NCBI GenBank assembly: GCA_013265495.1 | Contig: MU057487.1 | Location: forward strand, 992,001 to 1,056,000 | Direction of reading: 5' to 3' | Length of the DNA: 64,000 nt | Origin: Vicugna vicugna | Taxonomy: Eukaryota | Shown here: one piece after another, positions 50,646 through 63,344 of the stretch | Layout: each line of letters starts with the position of its first letter | Numbering within the stretch: the stretch's first letter is position 1 | Translations under genes and position numbers: made by a program | Notes under the pieces: generated by a model | Database searches by the model: none | The model's input: the letters and a program-made list of their open reading frames with translations, nothing else | What the model was told of the DNA's origin: nothing

Positions 50646-50760
50646 TACCCTAGAGGCCAGATCCAGCTTGCCCTATGTGTTTGTTAAAAAAGAGTTTAGT
50701 GGAACACAGTTATGTCCATTTGTTTATATATTGTCTATAGGTGCTTTTGAGCTACTTCTG
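50645..50760 (+). mobile_element. MER58A-like hAT fragment
   Basis: GGCCAGATCCAGCTTGCC…GTGGAACACAGTTATGTCCATTTGTTTATATATTGTCTAT. Confidence 0.75.
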
Positions 50761-51004
50761 TGGGGTGTAATTTGCAGATCTCTGCTCTATTGCTAAGACC
50801 AGGGGTGATTCTCACTTTCTTGTCCATATCTTTGTTTTGAATAAATTTTATAATTTAAAAAAATTATAAAAAGTTATAGTTAATTATTTTTTAAAAATCT
50901 AATTAGACATATTGTCTATACTCATACAAATTCAAAACCTTGTTTGATTTCAATTAAAAAAAATAAAATAAATGAACATTCAACTCAAGTAGATAGAAAA
51001 AGAA

Positions 51005-54000
51005 TAATTGAAACACATATGCTAACACCATGTACTAAAAAACCAATGAATGAACAGAGGAATCAAAAAAGAAATTTAAAAAATACCTTGAGATAAATGA
51101 AAATGAAAATAAAACTTTCCATAACCTATAAGATGTAACAAAAGCAGTTCTAAGAGCAAAGTTCAGAGCAATACAAGCCTACCTCAGGAAAAAAGAAAAA
51201 TCTTAGATAAACAGTCTAATTTTCAACCTAAAGGAAGTAGAAAAGAAGAATAAGCAAAGTCCAAAGTTAGTAGGAGGAAGAAAATAATAAAGATCAGAGA
51301 TGAAATAGAGACTAAAAGAATAAATAAATAATGATCAATGAAACTAAAAACTGGTTCTTTGACCAGATAAAGAAAAATGGTAAACCTTTAGAAAAAAAAA
51401 AGAGTTGTGGCCCAAATAAATGAACAATGAAAAGGAGAATTATTACTGATATCACATAAATACAAAAAATCATAAGACTACTAAGAACAATTTTCCACCA
51501 ATAAATTGGACTACCTAGAAGAAATAAATAATTCTTAGAAACATATAAACTTTCAAGACTGAATCACAAAGAAACAGAAAATCTGAACAGACCAATCACT
51601 AATAAAGAGATTGAATCAGCAATCAAAAACTCCCAACAAATAAAAGTCCAGGACCAAATGGCTTCACTGGTGAATTTTCCCAAACATTCAAAGAAGAGTT
51701 AATAACAATCCTTCTCAAACTTTTCCAAAAAATAAAAGAGGAAGGAGCACTTCCAAACTCATTTTATGAGTCCAGCATTTCCCTGATATCAACCAAATAA
51801 ATTACAAAAAAAGAAAATTCATAAATAAAAGTCCTGATGAACGTAGATGCAAGGATCCTCAACAAAATGTTGACAAACACAATTCAGCAACACAATAAAA
51901 GGATCATAAACCATGACCAAGTGGGATTTATTCTGGGGATACAAGGGTGGTTCAGCATCCACAAATCAGTCAATGTGATATACCACATCAACAAAGTGAA
52001 AAATAAAAATTACATGATCATCTCAAAAAATACATAAAAAGCATTTGACAAAATTCAGTATCTACTTATGATTAAAAAAAAAACTTAACAGAACATGCCT
52101 CCACATATTAAAGGCCATAGCTAATACTATACTCAACAGTGAAAAGCTGAAGGCTTTTCCTTTAAGATGAGGAACAAGACAAGGATGCCCACTCCTGCCA
52201 CACAGTATTGGGAGTGTTAGATACAACAATTTTAGAAGGGAAAAAAAAAAAAAGTAATCCAAATTGGAAAAGAAGAAGTAAAATTGTCATTATTTGCAGG
52301 TTACACGATACTATACAAAGAAAACTCTAAAGATGTCACCAAAATACTGTTAGAATTAATCAATGAATTCAGCAAATTTCCAGGACACAAATTAATATAC
52401 AGATATCTGTAACATTTCTATACATTAAAAATGAACTATCAAAAGGAGGAATTAAGAAAACAATCTAATTTATAATTGCTTCAAAAAGCATAAAATACCT
52501 AGGAATTAACCAAGAGATGAAAGAGCTATACTCTGAAAACTCTAAGATATTGATGAAAGAAACTGAAGACAACTCAAACAAATGAAATGACACACCGTGT
52601 TAATGGAATGGAAGAATAAATATTGTTAAAATACCCATATTACTCAAAGCAATCTATAGATGCAATGCAGTCCCTATAAAAATATCCATGGCATTTTTCA
52701 CAGAACTAGAACAAAAAATCCTAAAATTTACATGGAACCACAAAAGATCACAAATAGCCAAAGAAACATTGAGGAACAACAACAAAGCTGGAGGTTTCAT
52801 GCTCCCTGATTTCAAACTTTACTACAGAGCTATTGTAATCAAACTGTATGGTACTGGTCCAAAAACAGACACATAGATCAATGGAACAGAATAGAGATCC
52901 AGAAGTAAACTGAAGCATATATGGTCAATTAATTAATCTACAGCAAAGGAGGCAAGAATATACAATAGGGAAAAGACAGTCTCTTCAATTAATGGTCTTA
53001 GGAAAACTGGACAGCTACAATCAAAAGAATGAAACTAGACAATTTTTTACACCATATGCAAGAAATGAGTTCAAAATGGATTAAAGACTTAAATGTAAGA
53101 CCTGAAACCATAAAACTCCTAGAAGAAAATCTGGGTTATTCACTCTCTGATGTCAGACTTAGCAATATATATATATATTTGTATCTGTCCCCTCAGGCAA
53201 GGAAAAAAAAACAAAGATAAATAAAAAGGACTAAATGAAAATAAAAAAGGTTTTCACACAGAAGAAAACCATCAGCAAAATAAAAAGACAGCCTACTGAA
53301 CGGGCTGAATGAATGTACAAATGATGTTTGATAAGGGAGTAGCAGCCAAAATATACTAAAAAAATTCATACAACTCAATGTAAAAAAAAAAATTGAGTTT
53401 TAAAATGGGCAGAGGACCTGAATAGACATTCTTCCAAAGAAGGCATACAGATGGCCAAGAGGCATGTGAAAAAAATGCCCAACATCACTAATCATCAAGG
53501 AAATGTAAATCAATACCACAAAGCGATATCACCTCACCACCTATTAGGATTGCTACTGTCAAGAAGACAAGAAATAACAAGTGTTGGCAAGTATGTAGAG
53601 AAAAATGAAACTTAGTGCACTGTTGGTGGGAATGTAAATTGATACAGCCACTATAGAACCAGTATGGAGTTTCCTCAAAGAAGGAAAAATAAAGCTACTG
53701 TATGATCCAGCAAGTCCACTTTAGGGTATTTATCCAAAGAAATGGAAACACTAATTCAAAAATATATATGCTCTCCAAGGCTCATGGCAGCATTATCTAA
53801 AATTTAGCCAAGATATGGAAACAACTAAGTGTCTATTGATAGACGAATGGATAAAGAAGATGTGGTGTATTTATATAAGGAATATTAAACAAGAATGAAA
53901 TCTTGCCATTTGCAACAACAAGGGTGGACCTAGAGAGTATTCAGCCAAGTGAAATAAGTCAGACAGAGAAAGATAAATATTCTGTTATCACCTGTATGTA

Positions 54001-54395
54001 GAATCTAAAAAAATTGCACACACAAAAAAAACAAAAACAAAAACAAAAACATAACAAACAAACATAACAAAACAGAAACAGACTCACAGATCTAGGGAAC
54101 AAGCTGATGGTTGCCAGAGGGGAGAGAATGAGGAATATGGGAGAAACAGGTAAAGGGGATTAAGGGGTACAAACCTGCAGTTATAAAATAAATGAGTCAT
54201 GGGCATGTAATGTACAGCATAGGAAATATAGTCAATAATATTGGAATAACTTTGTATGGCAACAGATGGTAACTAGACTTATTGTGGTGATCATATTGTA
54301 ATGTACAAAATTATTGAATCAATATGCCATACACTTGAAACTAATATAATATTGTGAGTCAATTATACTTTGATCAAAAAAAACACACACACACA
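51005..54395 (+). mobile_element. 5'-truncated L1MA9-like LINE-1 (about 3.4 kb; disrupted ORF2 plus 3' UTR and A-tail)
   Basis: ORF fragments 51837-52037 ([16 protein letters not shown]…[14 protein letters not shown]), 52688-52876 ([14 protein letters not shown]) and 53029-53220 (SKWIKDLNVRPETIKLLEEN) are ORF2p pieces. The 3' UTR contains GATGGTAACTAGACTTATTGTGGTGATCAT. Confidence 0.95.
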
Positions 54396-54864
54396 AAGAA
54401 GTTAGCAGGAAGAAACCAATAAAAATAAAGAACAAAATGGTGAATTAAACATAGAAAAACTATAGGTTTAACTAGTATACATAAGTATTAAAATGTGAGG
54501 ATGATGACATGACTCACCATATCCTGAGGTTCTCCTGAAAAAGCTCTAAAGTATTCTTACTCCTCAAATCTCCAAGATTTTTCTTTCTTCCATTTTTACA
54601 AAACATCAGATTTTGCTTAGAAATAATACAACATGCTCCTAAAATGTATTCTTATTTCTAAAATGGATAAAGTGCTATCTCTTAGAGCTCTCCTGTAGCT
54701 CAGTCTAGTGGGGAAGGCAGACTTGTACAGAGAAATGCAGCTTTATGGTAGTCAGCATATGGTAATGGAGTTAAGGAAACAATAATAATAATTTATTGCT
54801 TTTTTTTCCCCAATTGCAGAAAGACAATTTACTCTGCTCAAGACAATTTATTGTACAACAAGCT

Positions 54865-55090
54865 TTAGCAGAGAAAAACAAAAACTGAGACGATATGATT
54901 TGAGTCACAGTTGTGTATTAATATTGTAAACCTTAAACAAATTGCTTAATCTCTTGTGCTTCTGCTACCTCATCTCAGAAACCAGGGGAATGACTATACT
55001 CACAGTACTGAGCTCTCAGGTTGTGAGGTTCAAATGAGATAATGTTCCTGAAAACCCTTTTAAATGTGCTATGTGCAAAAGTTATTTTCA
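54865..55090 (+). mobile_element. MIR SINE
   Basis: ACCTTAAACAAATTGCTTAATCTCT…CTCATCTC…GGTTGTGAGGTTCAAATGAGATAATG. Confidence 0.75.
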
Positions 55091-56318
55091 TGAACACAAT
55101 TAGCATCAAAGAGTAAACGATGGTGAATTTCACAAGTATATTTAAAATTTCACACTTCTTCCACTGCTCTTGAAAATACTTTCATATGTGAATAGTGCAC
55201 AAAGGATTTTGATTCACAAATTTAATGGCTACACTCTATCTTAAAGCCATAGTTACGCCCCCAAATTAGTTAAGATCAGAATGTAGTCCAGAGTGTCAGG
55301 TTCTCTGTAGTCTAAATATTGAGGCTCTTTAGAATACATTGTGCTTACTCTTTTAGACTCTACTCATTATTTAGTCATTCTTGTTAATCATGTAATTACG
55401 ATGTAATTGCATCTACAAAACAATAGGTCTCCAAAGTGACCTCAGGTAAACAGATTTGCTTACCCACAGTTCTCTGTTACAGGATGCATGCTCACACTAA
55501 CACACCTTTTGAATGCTGACACTCTGTCCCTAAGCTTTGAGTGATATGCTTACTAAGAGTGGATGTCTATTCCCAAACTCTTTATGTTGGTTATACTGGT
55601 AATTATAAGTATGTAATTTAATTTATTATTGAATAAACTAAAAATGTAAGTGGGAAAAATAAAATTGTTTCCATCAATGTGAGGTTGAGTGGTTTGGAAA
55701 GATTTGAAAATAGGTAACTCATTTAAAAATTCACTATCAAATGAGCTGTGGACAAGACAATTGTACAAGGTTGAGGGGAAAGAAGATAAAAAATTCAAAA
55801 GGATTCTGAACTGGAATTGTATCAGAAGTGTCTACCTTCTTATTCTACTTTCAAGAATACAGAAGTATAGAATTGTGTGTTATACTTGTGGTTAATATAA
55901 TAAAATAACTCAGAACTTTATCAATGGACACAAAGAATAAGGCCAAAGGACAGGCATATCTCAGAAGATTGTTGAGTGAATGTACACTTCATGTCTTAAA
56001 AGTTAACATTTTTAAGGTATATACATAATCATTTTTGATTCTCTCCTTTGACTTTTAAAAATTAATTATGCATATTAAAATATTAGTTTGAAACTGGAGT
56101 TATTTCAAAATGAGAACATATATTATAAGAACACTCATGATTATTTTTAAATTCCATTAAATAAATAAATATGAATTAATCCCCAACTCAGTCTTAGATA
56201 AAATAATAGACACTGCAGGGAACAGAAAGATGAGTAAAGCTAAGTATTTGCTTTCAAGACCTTGGAAAATCACAGACTCCTTACATATGAGAAAGTTCTC
56301 AGACCCCTATGTGCCCCG

Positions 56319-56812
56319 TGTAGAACTGCAAACAAAGATGAAGAAAGAGCATTTTGGTTTACCACTCACTGCTGTAAGGACTGAAGTCACAACCTGCGGC
56401 AGTCGCTGAGCAGCAGTTCACTCCGAGAGGAAAATAAGACAGTAACAAGATGAGGCCCTCTCTGCTTTGGACAAGCATCCCCTTTAGACAGTTAGAGGTA
56501 TGTCTCAGGAAGGATTTGAATGAACCCAGACTCTTACATCTTCCCATACACAGAAAAGCACTAAGATCATTAACTTGAGATATCTCTTCTTTGTGACCAG
56601 CAATACTCTTTTAACAAGATTACCAAGATTACTTGACAGCATGCGTTCCCCAGCCAAGAACATCACATATAAACCGGCTTCTCCTTCTGTCTCTTCAGAA
56701 CAGCTTCCTCAGAGCTACTGAGTGGCTGTCTCCCGGGCTTTAGTCCTCAGTAAGGCCCTGAATAAAACTTAATTCACAACTCTTACCTTGTCCTTTATTC
56801 TTTCAGTTGACA
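56319..56812 (+). mobile_element. MER41-like (ERV1) solo LTR, full length
   Basis: TG…CA termini, TATAAA at 56668, AATAAA at 56761, and GAACCCAGACTCTTACATCTTCCCATA typical of laurasiatherian MER41-type LTRs; flanks GCCCCG and TCCCCG. Confidence 0.8.
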
Positions 56813-58559
56813 TCCCCGGGCTGTGCAGATCACGATTCGCATAACCATTTAGAGTGGTCTGACGGTTATAATGTGGTCAAAGCTAAATGCATCCTTGATT
56901 TGGTGAACCAATCAGACACAGGAACTAAAAATACCTGATGTTTTAGGGTCCATTTTGTATGTCAGCCACATTAACCATTTTTACTGATAGAAATTTACTA
57001 CATTCCTACCGCTGTCTAGGTAGGGACAGGAAGAAAATACAGTGATTAACAAGATCTCCAAATTATTTTCAAAGTGCAATGGAAGGTCCTTGAAGGATTT
57101 TAAGGTTAATGACATAATCCAATTAATATTCTAAGATTATAAGAAGAAGAAAGGGTTAGAATGGGGAGAAAAAAGACAATCAGAAATGATGTTAATATGT
57201 TCTGTTATCTCCAGGTTTTTGAAATTGTTTTATTTATCTCAACTTCCTTATCCTAGATTCTAAGCTCCTTGTTATCAGGAATTACAAACCTCACTGCTTG
57301 ATAATATATGTCCAGAAATTTCTAGAATTATCTTCATTTAAAAATTTGTCCCGAAATTCCTACATACATAAGGAACATGCCAGGAATTTGAATAAATTGG
57401 CCACCAAATGGCATCTCACCACCTCTTGCTCCCAGAAGCAACAAAACCCTTCCTCATTTTGGCTCAGAATATATGACCTCTGCACTCAGGAAACCTAACA
57501 CACAGTAAGTTTAACTCATCACATATTCTTAAAACTACTTTCAGGTAGCTTTTAAAAATGTGAGAAGACTGAAAAAAAAAAGATATCAATTCCTTTGTCA
57601 TTTTCAGCTACTCCCTTAAACTAGATACACTTGCTATTTACCTTTTTTTTTCTTTTATTTTGGACTCACCAGCCAATTTCCATGGCAATCTGAGTTCACT
57701 TTTTGTTAAAGAGTCTTCAGGAAAATATTCTGTCAAGGGCTTTGGGACAATCAAGATAAATGACACTCCTACATTTCTCTCATACTAATCACTCCTTTAT
57801 GAATCTGCGGAAAAGAATGCATCCCTCTGTGTTGGGCTCCCTTTATACGATCCTAGTGCTGCTGCCTTCAAGTGCTCTCTGTCCTGTGCATTATCGCTTC
57901 ATTCTCTGTTGAGCTGCCTCTCCACCTGAGTCTCTTCTCAGAGCAGTTCTGCTTGGGATTTTGGATATCAGAGATTAAAATTTTGAAAGAATGAAATAAT
58001 CCATCTTTTATGGAATACCCCTCACTGTCATCACCCAAATTTTGATATTTTTCTATTTGTCCACTAGAAATTTAGATTATCTGTAAAAAAATACATGTAA
58101 TGGACTTTGGGAAATTTGAAGCTACCCATTGGAATACCTTCTCTTTGTTGTCAGTATTTTCCAAAACTCACACAAATAATGTGAAAGAAAAGAAATAATA
58201 GACTGCAATCATTGCATGGTAAAACTATCAAAGAATAGGTTTTTAAACTTTCTCTAAAGTAGGCTGGAATAGGAAGGAATCATAAATGAGATTAAAAAAT
58301 GTGATTGATAACTCAATGTGAGTGATGTGGTAGGAAAAATACCAGGCTGGGAGCTGAACTTTGGTTTTTCCACTTTTTTGTATCTGCTAGAACTTCAGAT
58401 AATCAGGATTTGTTGTAAAAATATATATGGAAAAGAGGACTAAGGGAATCTTTGCTAATCCAGTAACATACATTCTGGATCTCAAAGGAGAGGAATAGAG
58501 TTTGAGAATTAGAAGCTGATTTAGGGTCCAAAGTCATTTTACTACCAAATTAACTTGTC

Positions 58560-59020
58560 ATTCTTTAGTTAGACAATCTCTTCCCAATACTGTGACTCAG
58601 CTCCTCTCTCTAGCTCTACTGATGGATATCTTTTAGTTTCTGCTTAGTCATGACATCTGTGCTTTGAACTTGAATGTACTCACAACCTCTGCGTACTTCC
58701 AGTCTCTCGCAACCACTGCCACATTATCATCTCTGACACTTGACTTTTGTATCTTTTCCAGAATCAGCCTTCATTACCAACTGGAACACCCTTTTTGTAT
58801 TTTCCATTCAAATCCTCCAAGGAGGAGAATCTGATGAGTGTTACTTAGTTATAGTCATTTTCTCTGGGTAACGTTCTCATGCCAGATTTCTCATGGACTG
58901 CTCCTAGCCAATAGGTGGATCCAAACTACAGGAGTCAATCAATTTCCTGGCCCCAACTTAAACAATTGCTGCTGGTGGGACACAATCACATGGTAATTAC
59001 CTGTGATGTGTTATTCATGG
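58560..59020. mobile_element. Old MLT1 (J/K/L-type) LTR, decayed
   Basis: CAAATCCTCCAAGGAGGAGAATCTGATG…GGGACACAATCACATGGTA. Confidence 0.45.
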
Positions 59021-59119
59021 AGCCATCTACCAGTAACTTTTTTTTTTTTTGATTACTACTGTGGTGTTAGGTGTTATTTTAGTTGTTGAGGAAACAGCAG
59101 TGACTGAGACCGACCAAGA

Positions 59120-59585
59120 ATATAACAAGATTCTGGCAGGAATAAAAATTTACCCCAGGTGGTACAAATTAAATGGTTTTAATGCAAGAGCTGCTTAGAT
59201 ATGTGAGGAAATATTTAGGGAATTGACAGGAAAGTTGAGGCATCCCAAGACTAGCAACAGTGAGAAGCCGCTACCACATCTAATGTTGAATGGGCAAAGG
59301 GGACATAGTGTTAAACCAAGGAGACTTTGAGACATGGAGGAAAAGCTGTCTGGAAGAAGCTATAGTCACAAGGGATACAGACACACCCAAAGACAAGGAA
59401 ATTATAGGAAGAAGTTCCTCAATCTCTCTCTCTTCTCACACTCTAGTTTACCAGGACTTCCCATTGGTCAAATCCAACTGGAAATATGAGAGCAAACAAG
59501 TCAAGGTGATACAGTCTTCAGCACAGTGCAGAGCCAAGAGTTATAGAAAAATGGATAGGAGGGAATCAAATGGAAATTAACAGGT
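59120..59585. mobile_element. LTR41-like (ERVL) solo LTR
   Basis: CTGGCAGGAATAAAAATTTACCCCAGGTGG…GAGGCATCCCAAGACTAGCAACAGTGAGAAGCCGCTACCAC…CCCATTGGTCAAATCCAACTGGAA. Confidence 0.7.
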
Positions 59586-59809
59586 TCATGGATCTTACCA
59601 TCAAGTGGAGTAAACAGATTAAGAAATTAAACTAAAATAATTAAAATATGAAATAGTAAAATTTGATTAAAAAATAAGTGCAAAGGGGGTAAAGAAGATT
59701 GAAAATGATTTTCAAGGAGAAAGGGATCATTTAGAATAATAGAAGATATAGCACATGCTGACAGGTTTTTTTTTGTCACTTTAATAAACAGGTAAAGTGT
59801 ACTTGCCTT

Positions 59810-60485
59810 GGACTTTTTTATTTTGGAATATTTGATATGTGAAAGGAATGTATGTGACATATATAAGTTATGAACATAAAAAATTAAGCAAACACCCATG
59901 AACCACCACTAATTAAAAAAGAAAGTCTTATCCACACCATTGACACTTCTTTGTCCTCCGTCATCTTTTCTCCTTTCTCACTCTACATCGTTAGAACCCA
60001 CTAGCCTGAGTTTTAGTTTTTAATCACACTTTTTTCTTTTAACACATGTTAGTTTTGCTTATGTTTTTAAATTTATAAAACTGAAATCTTATTTTCATTC
60101 TTTTGAGTCTTGCTTTTTTCACCCAATAATGTTTTTTAATATTCATTCATTGTTCTCTATATTGTAGTTCAACTTTATTGTTGAATAGATGTTTCATTAT
60201 ACAAATATTGTTTCATTTGTTCAACCATTTCCCTAAGACATGGTGTCATCACAATTTTGTTGCTGATACTTGTGCAAATATTCTTATTCCTCTCTTTTGG
60301 ATGTATAAGCAGGTATTTCTTTATGATACCATACAGGTAGGGATAGAACTGGTGTATTATGGAGACTGTGCATGTTAAAACTTAACAAAATGGTACCAAC
60401 TTGTTTTCCCTACTCATTGTATCTGTGTATACTCCCACCAGCAACATTTAAGAGTTACTCTTGATTCATGTACTCTCTGTCATGA
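59810..60485 (-). mobile_element. Old L1 (L1ME-type) 3' fragment
   Basis: GCAAACACCCATGAACCACCAC…CTTGCTTTTTTCACCCAATAATG…ATACTCCCACCAGCAA. Confidence 0.75.
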
Positions 60486-60487
60486 GG

Positions 60488-60555
60488 TGCTATGAGTTAA
60501 ATGTTTGTGTCCTCCCAAAACCCATGTGTTGAAATCTTAGTCCCCAAGATGATGC
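60488..60555 (+). mobile_element. MLT1A/MST-type LTR 5' fragment
   Basis: TGCTATGAGTTAAATGTTTGTGTCCTCCCAAAACCCATGTGTTGAAATCTTAGTCCCCAA. Confidence 0.75.
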
Positions 60556-60569
60556 TTACAAGCAACCCT

Positions 60570-61330
60570 GAATTATGATTGTAGACAACATTGCTATGAT
60601 AAGCTATTGAGATGCACACTTGGCCTAACAGCTACTAAGACTTACTAGAAAGTCATTATATTAAAAGCAGTATAATATGAATACAAAAATAGGCAAATTG
60701 ACCTATAGGCCAGGATAGCTGTGAGACAGACTCATATTTGAGAATTTATTACATAATAAAGATGGCACATGTCAGACTGTTTAGTAAGTGATGATTGGAA
60801 AACTGCTCGTTAGGGAGAAAAATCCCTATCTATCATCACCTACAAGAATGGAATCCAGATATATTAAAGAAATAAACCACAGAGAATCATAAAGGCAGGA
60901 GATAATGTACCCTAGGGTTAGGAAGAACTTCTTAAACAAAATTCTGAAAGCATCATTGATGGTTTTAATCACATCAAATTATGAATTCCTGTAAATCAAG
61001 TTAACATAAAGATGTTGCAGAGATATGACATCTGCCATGTCTAAAACCACAAGGAAATTATTATCTATAAAAGAAAGAAACTCATATATTTGAAAATAGC
61101 ACAGGAATCCCAAATTTTAAAAATGAGTAAAGGATGTTTGAGTCAATTCAGAGCCAAAGAAACCCAAATCACTAGTGACTGGTGCCCAAAATCACTAGTA
61201 ATCAGAGGAACGCAATTTAAGTATTGAGTGAAAAAAATAGAAGCCCAACGTCATCTATTTAAATTAAAACTCCATGAAATAATTCATGGCTTACACTAAT
61301 ACTTTAGAAAAAAAGAATATAAATCAAATA
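60570..61330 (+). mobile_element. Decayed old L1 fragments
   Basis: TCCAGATATATTAAAGA…GGTTAGGAAGAACTTCTTAAACAA…ATCACTAGTAATCAGAGGAACGCAA. Confidence 0.6.
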
Positions 61331-61461
61331 TACATTGGAGAATTGTGAGTGAGGAGTGGACCAGAGGACTTGCGAAGAGCAGTGATCACCAGATGACCAG
61401 AACTGCAGAGGATTACTAAGGAACTCTTTGCTCATCAAAAAAAAAAAACAAAAAACAAAAA

Positions 61462-61620
61462 ACTATAGCACAGGGAACTAGATTCAATATCTTCTAGTAC
61501 CTTTTGGTGAAAAAGAATATGAAAATGAATATATGTATGTTCCAATATTACTGAAGTATTGTGCTGTACACCAGAAACTGACACATTGTAAACTGACTAT
61601 ATTTCGATAAAAAATTTCAA
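61462..61620 (+). mobile_element. Short young L1 3' UTR fragment (camelid-like variant)
   Basis: TATAGCACAGGGAACTAGATTCAATATC…GAAAAAGAATATGAAAATGAATATATGTATGTTC…GCTGTACACCAGAAACTGACACATTGTAAACTGACTAT. Confidence 0.9.
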
Positions 61621-62464
61621 TTTAAATTTTAAAAAACCAAAGCAAAACAGTAGTGCACAGATGAAATCATACTGTGTTATCTTAAATTCTCAGCTCCATC
61701 TTGGGAGTCCTGTCCACAGGACACCGCCGTCTAAGCTCTTTGCTTCCCTGTGGATGTCTTGCTTCCCCAGAGCCCTAATCAACCTTCTGTAGGCTCAGGA
61801 TCAAATGGCTCTTTATCTAGTTTTCTAACCATTTATATTCTTATAGTATACAGCAGGGAAATAAACAAGTGATTTTTTTTCTAATAATTGAAGTTTTAAC
61901 CCAAAATTTTCCCTTTATTTTCTTGTATCCTTGTCTCCACTCATTCCCGCAGCCGAATTCATTGCCTCAGGGAAGGGATAAAACAGCAGAGAAGCAGAGA
62001 AAATCTTTTTGGTGTTAAAAGTGAAACTATGAAGGATATAACTTCTAGGCCATAAAACATTATCTTTGGAAAAGCAGATAAAGAGCAGGCTGGCTTGTCC
62101 TCAGACTACATAAAAGTGGATAGGACTGCGGGGAGTGAGAAGAGTCAATCACAGCAGAAGCAGAGTCTAGGTGATGAGGGGGGTTCCTGAGCTCTGTGTT
62201 CTGGGGAATGGTCTCCCAGAGGGAACTGGGAATCAAAATCACGCAGAACTGAGCCCTACCCCAAGGGGAAAGCTTGGAGCCAGCAAGATCCCTGTCTGTC
62301 CTGTCCGTCCTGTCCGTCTGCCTGGCTCCCCAGCGTGGTACCAGGACAGGCCTGAGGTCACCTCCCGGAGCATCTTGGAATGATGCAGGAATAGCTTTGT
62401 GCCGCAGAGCAGAGACAGCTGTTCTGAGAGCCCTTTGTAAGACTGTGGTAGACACATCAGGGGC

Positions 62465-62678
62465 CCATGGGTCTTCAATGTGGGGCTCTCTTGCCCCCCA
62501 GCAGGTATTCGGCAATGTCTAGAGACAAGTTTTGTTGTCACAAGTGGGAAGTGCTATTGGTACCAGATAGGCAGAGGTCAGAGATGCTGCTGAACCTTCT
62601 ACAGGGTACAGAACAGGCCCTCAAAACAAAGAATTATGCAGCCCCAAATGCCAGCAGTGTCAAGGTTGAGAAACACTT
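62465..62678 (+). mobile_element. MER20 hAT-Charlie transposon
   Basis: TTGCCCCCCAG…GGCAATGTCTAGAGACA…GTTGTCACAA…CAAAGAATTAT…CAAGGTTGAGAAAC. Confidence 0.9.
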
Positions 62679-63268
62679 CCCCAAAACTGAGATTAGGTTT
62701 TGACCACATGGCACAATAAAAGATTTATAATTTATAATGTAATTGTTCATTTAAATAAAGAAAATTACTCCTAGTTCATGGATTACAACGTGCAACCACT
62801 TGTTTATACAAGAAAATATATTCTTCCTCTAACATAAAATAATCAACAATGATCGGTTCTGCACTTAATGAAATGGTTTCGAGGGGGGGAAGAAAAATTT
62901 AAGTAGCTCTTAAGGGCCCCCCACACAAGAAGGAAAGTGAATTGGAGGCATGAAGACAGATGCTGGAAACTTAACAATATCGGAAGCAAACGAGAGGAGG
63001 AAAGTTGGGGAAGAAAAAGTACATACAGGTAAGTCATCCATGGAGCAAAAACCCAGAGAACAATTGCTCCTAACCAAGGACAAGGAGGATCATGAGCGTT
63101 TTTAAAAGAGATGAGATGGGTTTTCTTCCAGACACGACACTGAAAATTTACTAAGAAGGTGGCATGAGAACCCCAGGCCTCCAACATGCCAGGAAGAATA
63201 CCAGCGAAGGGAAAAATTGGAAGGGCTTTCAAACATAGCAGGGATGAAGGCAAAAGCCAGAAACAATG

Positions 63269-63344
63269 AAGGGAGAAAAAGAAGGGGAAAAGAGAAGGGA
63301 AGGAAGGAGGGAGAGAAGAGAGGAGCAGGGGAGGGAGAGAGAGA
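63269..63344. repeat. Polypurine (GA-rich) low-complexity tract
   Basis: About 75 bp that are almost entirely A/G. Confidence 0.85.

Noticed and set aside
51837..53220. Reverse-transcriptase-like ORF fragments
   Set aside because: They are broken L1 ORF2 pieces with a mutated catalytic motif, not a gene or a novel RT system.
62060..62703. Stack of overlapping ORFs and a short (CCTGTCCGT)x3 repeat
   Set aside because: GC-rich sequence plus MER20; the peptide repeat TDRTDR comes from the 9-bp tandem.
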